64,000 nucleotides of DNA from NCBI RefSeq assembly GCF_001194135.2, contig NC_068982.1:98718410-98782409 (forward strand), written 5' to 3'. Within the stretch, counting starts at the first letter, position 1; each line of letters begins with the position of its first letter. Shown here piece after piece: positions 12,202 through 24,601 of the stretch. Both the position numbers and the translations under genes were made by a program. The notes under the pieces were generated by a model. It saw only the letters and a program-made list of their open reading frames with translations. It did no database searches and had not been told where the DNA came from. This stretch comes from Octopus bimaculoides (lineage: Eukaryota).

Positions 12202-12411
12202 GAGGGGTGCTGAAAAGTTTCTGGTTTGGGATAAATGAAAATACAGGATGATCAGTTAATTATGATTTTATCTAACATATTCCTCTCTCAGATTCACACA
12301 CTGATTGCAGCGGTCCTTCAGTATTTCTAAGCCTTGTAAAAGAACTCGGAAGGTTGGGCCTCCAGCCAGGCCTTTCGCAATACCCTTAAAGCCAAGAACT
12401 TTTCAACGCAC
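12202..12411. mobile_element. Mariner-derived MITE (~210 bp)
   Basis: Imperfect TIRs gaggggtgctgaaaagtttctggttt / aaagccaagaacttttcaacgcac, related to the TIRs of the element at 21477-22747. Confidence 0.7.
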
Positions 12412-12771
12412 ACACACACATAAACGGGTTTCATGCACAGTTTCTATCAAAGACGTTGGTTGCAATGGGATTGAACTCAGAATAATATGGTTGCGAAGTG
12501 AATTCCTTAACCGCAATGACATATTTCATTTAAAGTACAAATAGTTGAGACACGCGGCTTTAAATTACCTGTTCAGTAGAAAACTGCCCAAATATGGCAT
12601 CCCTTTCATCGAGTAAATTGCAACATCTGTTACTGATGAGATTTCTGTATCATCCTTTTAAAAAAATTACTCGCGTGCTATTGTTCTCAACGATATCAAT
12701 TTCATTTTCTGATTTCTCAATTAATCCACCGCTAATACACTAATACATCAATAATATATGCAAGCAACAAA

Positions 12772-12824
<53 letters not shown>

Positions 12825-14395
12825 TGCGTGTGGTGTGCGTGTGTGTGTGTGTGTGAATATATTATTTCGGCTTGTACGTGTATTGAATTCGGCAAAACAT
12901 TTCAGTGTTTTTCACCTGGATATTCTTTCAAATTGATGAGGTTTTGTTTAGTACAGATGAAATCAACATACGTTGTGCGATAGGATCAATCTATCACATA
13001 GCCCGATTCCATCTCCGACCAACAAGCAAAGCCTATTTATACTCAGAAATGAAAACATCGTACTTTTAATTCCAGAATCAGGTCTTTTTCTTGTCATTAA
13101 TATAGTTTGTTTTTGCTTTTTGTTGGATTTTTTTCCATCCGCATGACATCATTTTCTGTGTAGTAGAATATTTAGAATAATTTATTTTTCTTTTATTCAG
13201 AGTAGAAGTAATTATTTATTGTTCAAAATACCGAATGCTTCTTACAGAATTTTTTCTCTCATTGTATTAATCTTCCCTGTAAAGCATAGACTGAAATCTA
13301 GTTAAAAATTCTGCGTTGTTAGGGATTTTTTTCTCATCTGTAATTTATATCTTCAGTGAATTTAAGTCAAAGTTAAGTCTTTCAAAAGTTATATATAAAC
13401 CATTGATGTATAGGAAAATTAAATGAAATAACAGAGCAAACTTGATTTTCAAAATCTAATCATTAATTATCAACATCGTTCGAAGTATAAGAGGTTTACT
13501 ATATAAGTACGATTTATACAATTTGCCAATGTAAATAAGAATCGAAGAAATTTACTTAGCGTTTTTGTTTGTTTTTCTTTCTAATTTACAGATTCACTTG
13601 TTAACACAGGACCCACAAACATATTTCACCTGAGCTCTTTACCCCTTTGTTCATTTTTTTTCTTCTATAAGCACAGTTTTTACGAAATTCAAAGTTCTAA
13701 AGAAACAACAATTGTACAAGGCTGTCAAATAAACCTAAACCATCGAATTAGCCTCAGTTGATTGGTGGTACGTCCTCTTATTATCCAAGGTAGTATTTGA
13801 AATCTGAACCTTGGGCGACAGAACTAAAAATCACTAAAGCTTCTTGCTGGATGCTCTTTCATATTAACTAACATACTGACTGAAGGATTATAAAATCCTT
13901 ACTTCTCTCCATCGTTCCATCACCAGTGAATCTGCCTTGGTTGTCTGTATGTTTGTCAGCGGTCGTGATCAACGTTGGTTCTTGTAACAACACCCGAACT
14001 AACCGATGATTCCATCTTATTGTTACACCGGTAATCATCCTGTGAAAGAGATTGTGTGTGGGGGGGAGGGGGTTGTGTGTGCTTGTATGAGTGTTGGTGG
14101 TGGGTAATGCATGCAATGTTCCTTCGGGAAAATCAAGTGGAGCGCTATTTAAATATTTACAATTGCTCCCTGTTTGGGTCATGCCAGATATTTTTTTCAC
14201 AAAAGTTCGTTCTTTGATGACGATGCTTATAAATAATAATGTATAACATTGCTATGATTCTTGTAGGTGCCATAATTGTAGATGTTCTCATTTTCAACTT
14301 TAGACAAAATATACACACCTGCAGAGCACCAACGATCAACACACACACCCGCATATACATACATACATACATACATACACATAAACACACACAAA

Positions 14396-14468
14396 GCCTG
14401 CATCTTATAAACACAAACTTAGGTTTGGGTTAAAAGCAAGTGATGGATCAGGGGTTGTAGTAGCTGCC
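14396..14468 (-). pseudogene. Exon-like unit copy 2 (AATTTPDPSLAFNPNLSLCL*DAG), paralogue of 16878-16949
   Basis: Gap-free 72-nt match to copy 1 with 12 mismatches; same tttatttca(t/a)ag acceptor; carries an in-frame TAA and one extra G at the start. Confidence 0.5.
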
Positions 14469-16729
14469 CTATGAAATAAACTGTTAACATAAAAACACAC
14501 ACACAATCATACACATGGGAAAATAATAACGCCTAAAGAAATTGTGAAAAAGTTAACGACATATACTCAGCGTTGAAATTGATATTCTTTTATTTCGGTT
14601 CACAAAAATAATCCTACATTTTTCGCTGAGAAATTTGAAGATTAAAACTATTTAAAATCTATCGATAGTATAATGTAGAATAACAGCGTAAATTGAAACA
14701 GGAACTTCAACTGAACTGTCAAGAATTTACCTCTACCATCATCTTAAGAAGCTGATACTTATCTGTGCAGCATCATGGAATCTTTCAGTCCGCTGTTTCT
14801 CATTCGATTTATGTGAGATGGGGTAACTTCTGAGATGGCATGTAATAAAAATAATCGAATTAGAGTTTTATATAAACCAATCTTCAAAGAAATATTAATT
14901 AATCAGTCTCTAATCTAAAAATTAGTTCATGACTTAACTTGCTTCGAGCCATATTGAAAGTGAATCATAACATCATTCACTTATCTGAAAATAAATGTAT
15001 TCTCCAATTTATATGTAGTAATGAGTAATGAGCATATATACATTTCGGATTGTAAATCTAAATTAATATTTATAAGGCACCTTGTAGTTCGGCGAAACAC
15101 GGATCACGTGATTCAAAAAGACGGGAAGTAAGATCATTTGATATGCTCAACCAGTAACATTTTATCTGATCCATATCGAAGTTAATTTGCGTGCGTGTAT
15201 GTGTGCGTGCACGCTCAAATATCATTGCACAAATGTATAAATTTAGTAGTATTTGTGTATTTATGATATTTTTTTTTGTTGTTGCTTTTAGGTGCTACCA
15301 CGGTAAATATAGATAGCCACAAATAACCCCAGAGTAGTGTTTTGATGTGTTGGTCTAGGAAATGCAGATGCCATAAAAACAGCTAGATATGACGGGTCTG
15401 TTTAAATGGGGTTGGGCGTTCGGTAAATTCGGAATTTCAAGGATTTGTTGAAGAATCGGAAGCGTGGCCACATCTCATCCAGAAGATGAGAGATCTGTGG
15501 AAGGAATCTAAAAATGAAATATCGTTCAGCTTCTGAAGATCATTAACTTTTGTTAACAAATTTCGCCCCCACTATTTCATCGATGCATTTTTGTTTCTTT
15601 ATATAGCGAGGTTGTGGACATTGCTCTAAAGATGACTGAAAAGCAAAGTTGAGCATTCATAATGTATGTGACGTATTTAAACGTTCTTTGCTAGCAGATG
15701 AGTAATAATGGTTTCTAACTTAGGCTCAACGCCTGCAATTTTGAGGAAAGTGGACATTAGTCGATAATATCGACACCAGTACTTGACTGGTACTCTTATT
15801 TTTCGTCACCGGGGGGATGAAATGCAAAGTTGATCCCTACGAAATTTGAACAAAGACCGTAATGAGTCGGAAGAAATATCGCTAGGCATTTTCTCTGACG
15901 CTCTAACAACCTCAGCCAGCTTACGACCTTGCAGACAAGTAATAATTGCTTCAAATTTGGACACGAGGCTGCAGATGAGTAATAATAACGGTGTTTGTTG
16001 TTGATGTTGTTTAGACATAGGTCAACTTTTATGGAGTAGACCCATTATTAAAATCATTCCTACTGTGACCATTTTCTTGTATGTCTAGGACTACATCAGC
16101 CAATATGATGGAATATGGCTGCTATTTCTAGCAGGTTCAGCGAGTATGCACAGTCGCCGTCGTTGGCTCGTGTAATGATGTTTTAAAGAAATGTGTAATA
16201 TTTTATTAATATTGTGTGACAATATAACTTGCTTTAATCAATTAATTAGAGCCTAAGGTGCTGCTTAATTAACTAGACTAGGGAAAAGGAGATTCCACTT
16301 GCACTTCCATGTAATACTGTCTTTAGTATAGAACCAATTAAATATTATTGCTATCTATTTAGAATCCAGTAGGAACGGGTTGCGTCATTGATTGGACATG
16401 CAAGTATGGCTGAGTGGTTAAGAAATTTGCTTCGCCTGCATGAGGACCCAGGTTCGGCCCTACATAGTGGCACCTAAGGCGAGTGCATTTATCATAGCCT
16501 CGGGTTGATACAAGCCTTGTGAGTGAATCTGGATAGATGGAAACTGTATAGAAATCTGTTGGATGGAGTGTATGGATAATTTAAACACCCAGCCTTGTCA
16601 TTCTTATGTCACGCTGATTCCACCTGAGAATAACGTTAAGGGAACAAATTTCATCGGAGTACTCAGCCACTTCTTATGCTAATTCAATGAGCAGATTATC
16701 CAGTTGATTGAACGATTGGATGCTCATAC

Positions 16730-16949
16730 GTCGAAATCAGTCGGAGAAGGGAGTCCAGTGTAGGCATTGATGACTGCAGTGAGCTCTTTGCATGCAGCAT
16801 ATCTGTATAAACCTGTACAAGCTAACCTACCGTTTTTGGAGACTCGTAAGGCACGCTTATGTGTCTCAGAAAAATCAGCCTGCATCATATAAACACAAAG
16901 TTGGGTTTTGATTAAAGACAAGCGATGGTTCGGGTGTTGTAGTTGCTGC
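16730..16949 (-). CDS. Candidate two-exon fragment of an unidentified gene: AATTTPEPSLVFNQNPTLCLYDA(G) (16880-16949) + LYRYAACKELTAVINAYTGLPSPTDFD (16730-16812)
   Basis: Acceptor tttatttcaaag; putative 67-nt GC-AG intron; GAC|gtatga donor; third-position-biased divergence from the paralogue at 14396-14468. Family not recognised. Confidence 0.35.
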
Positions 16950-19900
16950 CTTTGAAATAAAATATAAACATTTCTCTTACAAAAGTGTTTCTGAGTTAGT
17001 ATTTCCTAAGCTAACAATGCATATCAATAGTTTACGTGTATAAATCAAGTTATAACGTTTGTTTTGCACATGTAAAAAAAACAGAATTCTGTTGTATACA
17101 AACTTGGTGTCCTGAACAAAATTAGAGAAGTTTAGCCATAATTAAAAGAATAGCTCCGGCAAGTTTTGAAGGAAAGAAATAAGTCGATACCACGACCCCA
17201 GTATTTGACAGGTACGTTATTTTATCAATCTCGGAGGGATGAAAGGCAAAGATGGCTTCGAAGGGATTTGAACTCATGATGTAAAGAGCCAGAAGAAATA
17301 ACACGAGGCATTTTTCCAACGGTCTAAGATTCTACCAGCTCATCTCCCCCTTACCATTTGTATATTAATGCTAGTGCTCCTACCTTCGCAAAAATGCGCG
17401 ACTCTAAAGGAAGTAACTCAAATAGTAAGACATTGTTGATTGTGGTGGCGACAACAGCGGCGGAACGGTAACGTTGGTGTTAACAATAGTGAGTAGAGAA
17501 AGATAGAAGGGGAAGAAGGAAAAAGAATTCAAAGAAGTGAGAGGCTTTGTGTTGTTGTTGCATTTTTAGTTATTTGACAATGTAAAATTTGAGGTAGTAT
17601 AATCCAATAATGATGAAAACCAAAGCACAATGAGAAGAATCACGTTTACAAAGAGTACATTGTTATGTGACGTTCTAAATGAATGGGNNNNNNNNNNNNN
17701 NNNNNNNNNNNNNNNNNNNNNNNNNNNNNNNNNNNNNNNNTTATATAGTATTTCAGATTGTACATACATAAACTTAAGTTCTATTATTTCGTCATTTATA
17801 TATTTTTACCTGTAATGCCCAGATTAAATATTTTCAATGTGCACATTTTTATTATTTTACAATCATCATTTTTATCCTTTTTTTTCATTATGCTACTGCG
17901 ACTAGGATGTAGAGAATGAATAGATATATTTTCCTGCGTAAATATTATAGGATTTTTTCTTAAATGCGATTATATATTTTGCTTGTCCTCAAAGACTTAA
18001 ATAATCCCTTTGTAGAGTGATTTCATTTATCATCTTAATTCATTCCATCTGTAGTAATTGATTCGACCGCCGATATTTCGAGCTGAATTGTGTTGCAAAT
18101 TGGATTTGTTTTATATTGTATAAAATCCAAGTGATTCTCTCAGTTTCTAAATTATGGTCTTGGAAAAATCGTCTTAATGAAATAGATGCGTCCGAATGCA
18201 AGAATTGTTTTTTTTTTTTTTTTTAATATCATTTCTTGTGAATAACACGTTCAACTTATTTAGTATAACAATATTCATGTATTATATATTAAACATAGAT
18301 ATAACTTATTGTGTAATTAAAGTTCCGGTATTTTGTCATTTATACACGAATGACTATTCACATATTCTTAATACATCTAGACAAGTTCAGATGTAAAATA
18401 TGCCGGTCATAGGAGAATAACTTCTCCATTTTGTGACAGCCTTTTTTTTATCTATTAACTTTTTTGCTTACTTATTACGAAATTCTTAAAATTTCTACTC
18501 GGTGGTAATCAAGTATAGCACTATTTCATTCTTTTTAGAAATCCTCAGCATGACGTAACCCGAAAAATATTAATTAAATATTTTATGAAATGAGACATTT
18601 CTTACGAATAGAAGATAATTACAGCCTGGAAAAAATTAATGGAATATGTGCATTTCTTTTACTTTATAGAACATTTAGTAGTTTAGCAATCACGAGAGAA
18701 GAGAGAGAAAATTCTTAGTGCAACAGGATAACTATTTCCAGAGTGTACTACCTTATGAAAAGATTTTATAGTGGTTAATATTTTTCAACTACAAATGAAA
18801 TTCTAACGCCGTTTTCGATATATTCTTTCCGGTGTAGATATTGGCTTCAAGCTGCCATTTCATAGAAGACATTAAGCAACTTTATATTTCAGATTTTATC
18901 GCTACTTACTTGTAGAGTACTTTTGATGAAAATGATGTAATAAATATATTTATGTAACAATATCAAGTTCTACAAAACACTAAATATGTCGATAATTAAA
19001 CAAACCTTATAGTTGTTTTGTGAAATCAGTCTAAATTCACAAATATTTTAGAATTTAACTGAAGCACATAGGTTAGGTAAGTATTTTAGTTATAAAATAG
19101 CAAAGAATGGATTAAGATTTTTTGTGGTAGTTAGTGAGATTTTACAGGGATGTGAACACAAAAATTTAAAATTATGAGGAGAGTCGGGATCTCCGATAAA
19201 AATCTTGCAAAGCTGAATAAGACACTTTTTAGTTCCCAGCAGTCGAATCTGCAAAAAAGTTCAAAGAGGTATGAGGTTTTTATTGGGAAAATCCTATCAG
19301 ATATTCATAAATCTTTCTTTTGCTGTCTGGGTCCTGACCACTGTACTAGCTGAAATAACTCCATAGATATCCTAAGGAGAAATACGAATGTCAAATGAAA
19401 GTAATTTTTTAAAAAATTTAATTCAAGAAAGGGCGTGCCAAAATTGATGTGCATCTTATGAACTGGTACCTCATAAATAAAGTAGTTTTTCAAGAACGCG
19501 AAGTGAGGGTAACTGGACAAGAATGTCGACCCTTTGCCAGATAAGTCTCGGTGCATTCTAACGACAGACCTCAGCGGTCACGTATCAAAATCTCAACTTT
19601 GATCAACTTCAGTTATACGGTTCTATTCCGATACCCCACCTTTCACTCCATTTCATTAATCAAACATTTAATTGCACAACTTTATTGTTAATTTGTAGGT
19701 GCATCCTTTCTCAGAACGCTGTTTCCATCTCTGCAGGACATAAATCATCCTTTGTATGTGTCAGTTTTATATTGCGTCCTTCTTAGTGAGTTCTTCAAAC
19801 AGAGCTTCAGAGAGATATAGTCAATTGTTGTCCAGTAATATACTACCCGTCAGCCAACGTTTTATAAGCCAGTGACCTGTCTTCTAACCTCCCAGACTAT

Positions 19901-20051
19901 AAACAATATCAGTGCTATGTTACTGATTCACGCGCACTAAATGATTCCACGATGAGTATGGTACAATTAGATGTAAACTTCCATCAAAACAAAAAACTTC
20001 GACGCATTCCCAACCCTTAGCTGAAACCGTTTCTGCTTTTTTCTTTTTCTT

Positions 20052-20091
<40 letters not shown>

Positions 20092-21476
20092 CGAACTTCG
20101 ATATTTGTGTATGAAATAAAAGGTTCTAAAACCTAATAACCGATTTGATGGTTTACTGAGGTTCAGGCCTGCAGGGTTAACTACATACATTTTATCAAGA
20201 AGCTAATGAAATTACGATAGCTATGAACAATAACTTGCAGCTGTGAAGTATATAAATTCCATAATTCGATATACAAATATAGATTTTGTGTTACTGCGGA
20301 ACAAACATTTGGAATTTAAACAAAAATTTAGTAAGGAAATGTAGTTAGGAACCACCGAATGGACCTGCTTTTTTTTTTATTTTTATCAATGTAAACATTT
20401 GTAAATGGATTATTATGAGAGATTCCATGTATGTATAAAAGTGATTCACAAAGACAGTAAGCAATGGGCGATATATTACAGCAGATTAATGAATAAATTT
20501 CATATATGAAAACATAGTCTTCTATTGAAATTAATATCCGTTCTCAGCTTAAACATTGTTTATTCAACAGTATTCTATAAAATAAAATTGATAGCTACGG
20601 AATAACCTTGGGTGAACACCAATATGGATGAGAGCAAAAAGATTAAAGGGAGAAAAAAATTAGCGCAATAACATTTTGTAACAAAATGCTATTATTTTCG
20701 ATAATCTCTATATATTGATTAGGATTTTTTTTTCTTTTATAATATTGATTTTAAACAAGCTTTAAATTATCAAAGCAATGTCTGAATTTACCGATTTTAA
20801 ACCAAAGTAAAAAATATATGCATATCTAAATAAAAGTATCTCTTATCGGTTATTGATTATTAAAATGAATCAATAATCAGACGATGTGAATTTGATTGCA
20901 CGTATCGATCTACGAAATGAGTGAGTTGACAACATCCATTCTTGATGTCATTCGCAGAAATTGCAATCGATTGCTTTACTAACATCCATCAATTTCTCAT
21001 AAACAATTATCGATCATTTGATTAATTAAACTAATCAAGCCGTACTGATAAAATACTGAAATTTTGTTGTGTTTTTATACCTTTTCATTATTCCATTTCT
21101 TTAGCTTTTTACTTTCTCAAATTTTATTCCAGATTTCTCGGCAGAAGAAATCAAAGAAACTGGTAATTGCCACACATCCAGTCTGTTTCAACCTCATCAA
21201 TATATATAAACAAAATCGAACACACAAACACAAGGTATGTGTTGTTAGTTCGTGGATTGGTTACGTTTTAGTCATAAAAGAATACATTCTCAATGCGGCT
21301 GGTATTAAAAACACCCGAAAGTAAATCATGGGCAAGCGAGACAACTCACATCAGGTTCCTTTTTCGGAGCGACAGACATCGATGTGTCGTCATGGTTGTA
21401 ACTTTTCCATGTCGCGTTCCGAACAAGGCCTGCTGCAAGATATACTGCCATGCATGCATGTATACACACACACATA

Positions 21477-22747
21477 CACAGGTGTCGGCTGAAAGATTCA
21501 CAGGCTGATCAAGATACTCCCATGAAATGTGACGAAGAGTTTTATTTTTCAGCATGATCCCCCTTGCGGCCCACACACTTCTTCCATCAGCATTGCAGTG
21601 CTTGGATCCCATTGATGAAGAAGCTCTTATAATGTTCGTCAAAGAAAAGAAATCATCAACAGCTAATATGACGTCATCATCACAGCAATACAGGTTTCCA
21701 GCCAAGTGTTTTTTCATGTTGGAAAACAGATGATAATCAAATGGTGCTAAATCAGTAGAAAAGAGAGTGGGATCAACCGGTTCAAAGCCAGTTACGCACA
21801 GTGGCAGTTGAAAGTAAGGACATCTGTGTTGGAGCATTGTTCTGATGACACAAGACTGCCTTCGTCAGTTTTCCTGGGCGCTTGGTCTTGATAGCCTTTT
21901 ATAACTGCCTCAGCAAGTTGGCATAGTACTATTGACGAAGCAGCCCTTTTACATGCCTTTTGTATCCCAAAAAACTGAGGCCATCACCTTACCTACAGAT
22001 GAAACGACCTTGGCCTTCTTTGAAGCAGGTAACGAGGGGTGTTCTCATTGCATGGAATGTCTCTTTGTCTCTGGCTCAAAGTGATGACGTCAACACTCAT
22101 CCTGGTTTGGGAAACGTTTAAGGAAACCAGCTGGATGTACCTAAAACAATGTCAGATTTTCCCGTGATGTAATCATCCGGCTGCGTTTTCGATCAGGTGT
22201 CACAAGACGTGGCACTCACCGAGCAGAAATCTACGTCATGCCAAGTTCGTTATGCAGAATATTCTCAACTCTCTCACGGGATATCCTAATAGCATTGGCT
22301 ATTTGATTTATACTCAATCGCTTGTCGTGCATCAGCATGTGGCGAACACAATCAATGTTTCCCTCGGTGGTGACAGTTGCAAGACATCTAGATCTTGAGT
22401 CATCTTCAAGACTCTATCTTCCCCTCCTAAATTCAGCTTCCACTTTTGCACTGTTGATTAAGCTGGAACGTCGGCCCCTACTGTAGCAACCATGTCAACA
22501 TGAATGTTGTTGGAGGCTAAACCCTGTTCTGCAGGTACCTGATAGTATCACGATGTCAAACTTTGTCCATTTTCTAGAGAAGTCACTACTAGTTACTTTT
22601 GAAGTCTTCTTTGAACAGTCAGAAATCAGTTTACCTGGAAAGAAACAATGCAGTTATTAAAAAGATTTGAAACTAATGCAAGCAAGATCTCACAGCACTA
22701 GCATCAATCCCTCATAGCCAACCTATGAATTTTTCGGCACACCTTCA
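21477..22747 (-). mobile_element. Near-full-length decayed mariner (DD34D-type) transposon, ~1.27 kb
   Basis: Imperfect TIRs (ggtgtcggctgaaagattcacaggctga / ccaacctatgaatttttcggcacacc). Transposase remnants LCHQNNAP and PTLFSTDLAPFDYHLFSNMKKHLAG...DDDVILAVDDFF match the mariner HDNAxxH and YSPDLAPxDYxLF motifs. Multiple frameshifts. Confidence 0.9.
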
Positions 22748-22754
22748 CGCGCGC

Positions 22755-22785
<31 letters not shown>

Positions 22786-22874
22786 NNNNNNNNNNNNNNN
22801 NNNNNNNNNNNNNNNNNNNNNNNNNNNNNNNNNNNNNNNNNNNNNNNNNNNNNNNNNNNNNNNNNNNNNNNNNN

Positions 22875-23200
22875 GCATAGCTCAGTGGTTAGAGCGTCGA
22901 GCTTACGATCGTGAGGTTGTGAGTTCGATTCCCGGGCTGGGCTGCGTGCTGTGTTCTTGAGTAAGACACTTTATTTCACATTACTCCAGTTCACTCAGCT
23001 GTAGAAATGAGTTGCGACGTCACTGGGGTCAAACTGTATCAGCCTTTGCCTTTCCTTTGGATCGGTGGCGTGGAGAGGGGGAGGCTGGTATGATGCATGG
23101 GCGACTGCTGGCCTTCCATAAACAACCTTGCCCGGACTTGTGCCTCGGAGGATAACTTTCTGGGTGCAATCCTATGGTCATTCATGACCGAATGGGGTCA
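22875..23200 (+). mobile_element. tRNA-derived SINE, family A
   Basis: gcatagctcagtggttagagcg...gttgtgagttcgattccc head; body colinear with 2176-2510. Confidence 0.85.
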
Positions 23201-23691
23201 CTCTTCATGTGTACTTACAAATATATATATATATATATGTATGTATATGTATATTCTTCTGTGATATGCTTTACTTGCATTCTTAAGTGTAAGAATGAAT
23301 ACCCCTTGCTTCGAATGCTTCAAAATCATATTCTACCTCCGCACTATGCAGTTTTGTCCATGCAAACTGAATATTTCAGGCCTCGAGGTGTAGTTTTCAA
23401 TAATAGAGTCCTTTGCTCTCGTGTCTTCTTCAAAATCGTTGTTATCCTAATATCTTTGTTGCTACAATTATATCTTATTCTGTTACTACAATTATACCTT
23501 GCTCTGAGAATAGAAGTACTTGTAGTGGGTAGAAAGAATATGCACCTTCTACCATTGTTATTGCTGCCAATCATACGAGTGAAAGATGCGTTGTCCCGAA
23601 TTAGCAGCGCCTTTTGGTTCATCACTAGAAAGTTTGAGGACATCTTCCTGGTATTTATGCACTAAGAGAATAAAATGTGAGAAAAACAGTT

Positions 23692-23908
23692 TTTAACCTT
23701 GTCCTGTGTACCACATGTGATACATGGGACATTCCCTTGGCGTCCATGTATCATAAATGATACATATTACCAATTTTTTTCAACCGCCAGGGTAACTTGG
23801 AAATTATTAAAAGAAAGCTCTAAAATACCCCCAGAACGTATGAAATAAGGACTAGCTAAAAGTTTAAGGCAAACTCATGGTACTACTTTGGACAAGCAAA
23901 GGGTTAAA
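23692..23908. mobile_element. Decayed TTAA-flanked MITE
   Basis: ttaaccttgtcc ... ggacaagcaaagggttaa ends, same end style as 63203-63430. Confidence 0.45.
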
Positions 23909-24419
23909 CATATACATGCTGAACTTCGATTTCTTGGAATGCACTAGTACCTAATGCATTAAGCCTCTCAGAATACTCGGTCGTGCAGACCTCCTTACAC
24001 AACTAATTTTAAATGGTGCATCTTGTCTGCGTTCGTACAAAGTTCAAAAACCTTAGTGAAACGCTTTATTCTTAAAAGCATGGGTATGTCGAGGCAGTAA
24101 TGACCAATATCACTTAAAACAACGTGTGTAACATAATGTACACGTAGAACGGCACTAATAGTAATAGGTTGTCTCAGAGAAACTTTTCAAAAAGACTTCT
24201 GCAATAAAAATCACGAACTCCTTCTCAATGTCGACGGATCGTCAGACAGTATTTCGACCTCAGTGACGAACATAACTGTAGTTCTGAGCTAAACCAATTA
24301 GAAACTGCTAAGCAAGATATTCACGGATTTGAGCTAAAGCTGACCAGGTTAAAAATAAATCAATGTAAGTACTTTGCAAAAGCAAAAGATTAAAATAACG
24401 ATGTGTATAACAAATATGG

Positions 24420-24601
24420 TCGAAACATCGCGTCTCTCAATCCGCCGACATCATGGGTGAGCTCCGTTTCTTAACACGTCTATTTGATAACCAGCTTAAC
24501 AGGAGACAGTTTAACAAAAGTTCACACACGCACACATACACTCACTCTCTCTCTCTCTCTTACAGAAAAATCCAACAATCGCCATTGAGTAGAGTAGAGG
24601 T
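24420..24601 (+). promoter_or_regulatory. Candidate 5' end of a plus-strand transcript (exon ending ATGG|gtgagc at 24456; second exon 24566-24599)
   Basis: CpG-rich context, ccgccgacatcATGG, good donor, (CT)n-ttacag acceptor, GAG|gtaact donor; the spliced ORF is only MEKSNNRH*. Confidence 0.35.

Noticed and set aside
15290-15540. GC-richer segment with possible exon frames, including a Cys-containing C-type-lectin-like ending (HYSGVICGY)
   Set aside because: Every frame has stops and the resemblance is too weak to call; kept only as a possible continuation of the 16.7-16.9 kb fragment.
19690-19860. Minus-strand MIYVLQRWKQRSEKGCTYKL resembling a death-domain helix
   Set aside because: Three in-frame stops immediately upstream, no splice support, and only a short motif-level resemblance.
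23174-23665. 163-aa plus-strand hydrophobic ORF
   Set aside because: It starts in a SINE tail and runs through (TA)n; the composition reflects T-rich DNA and there is no known motif.
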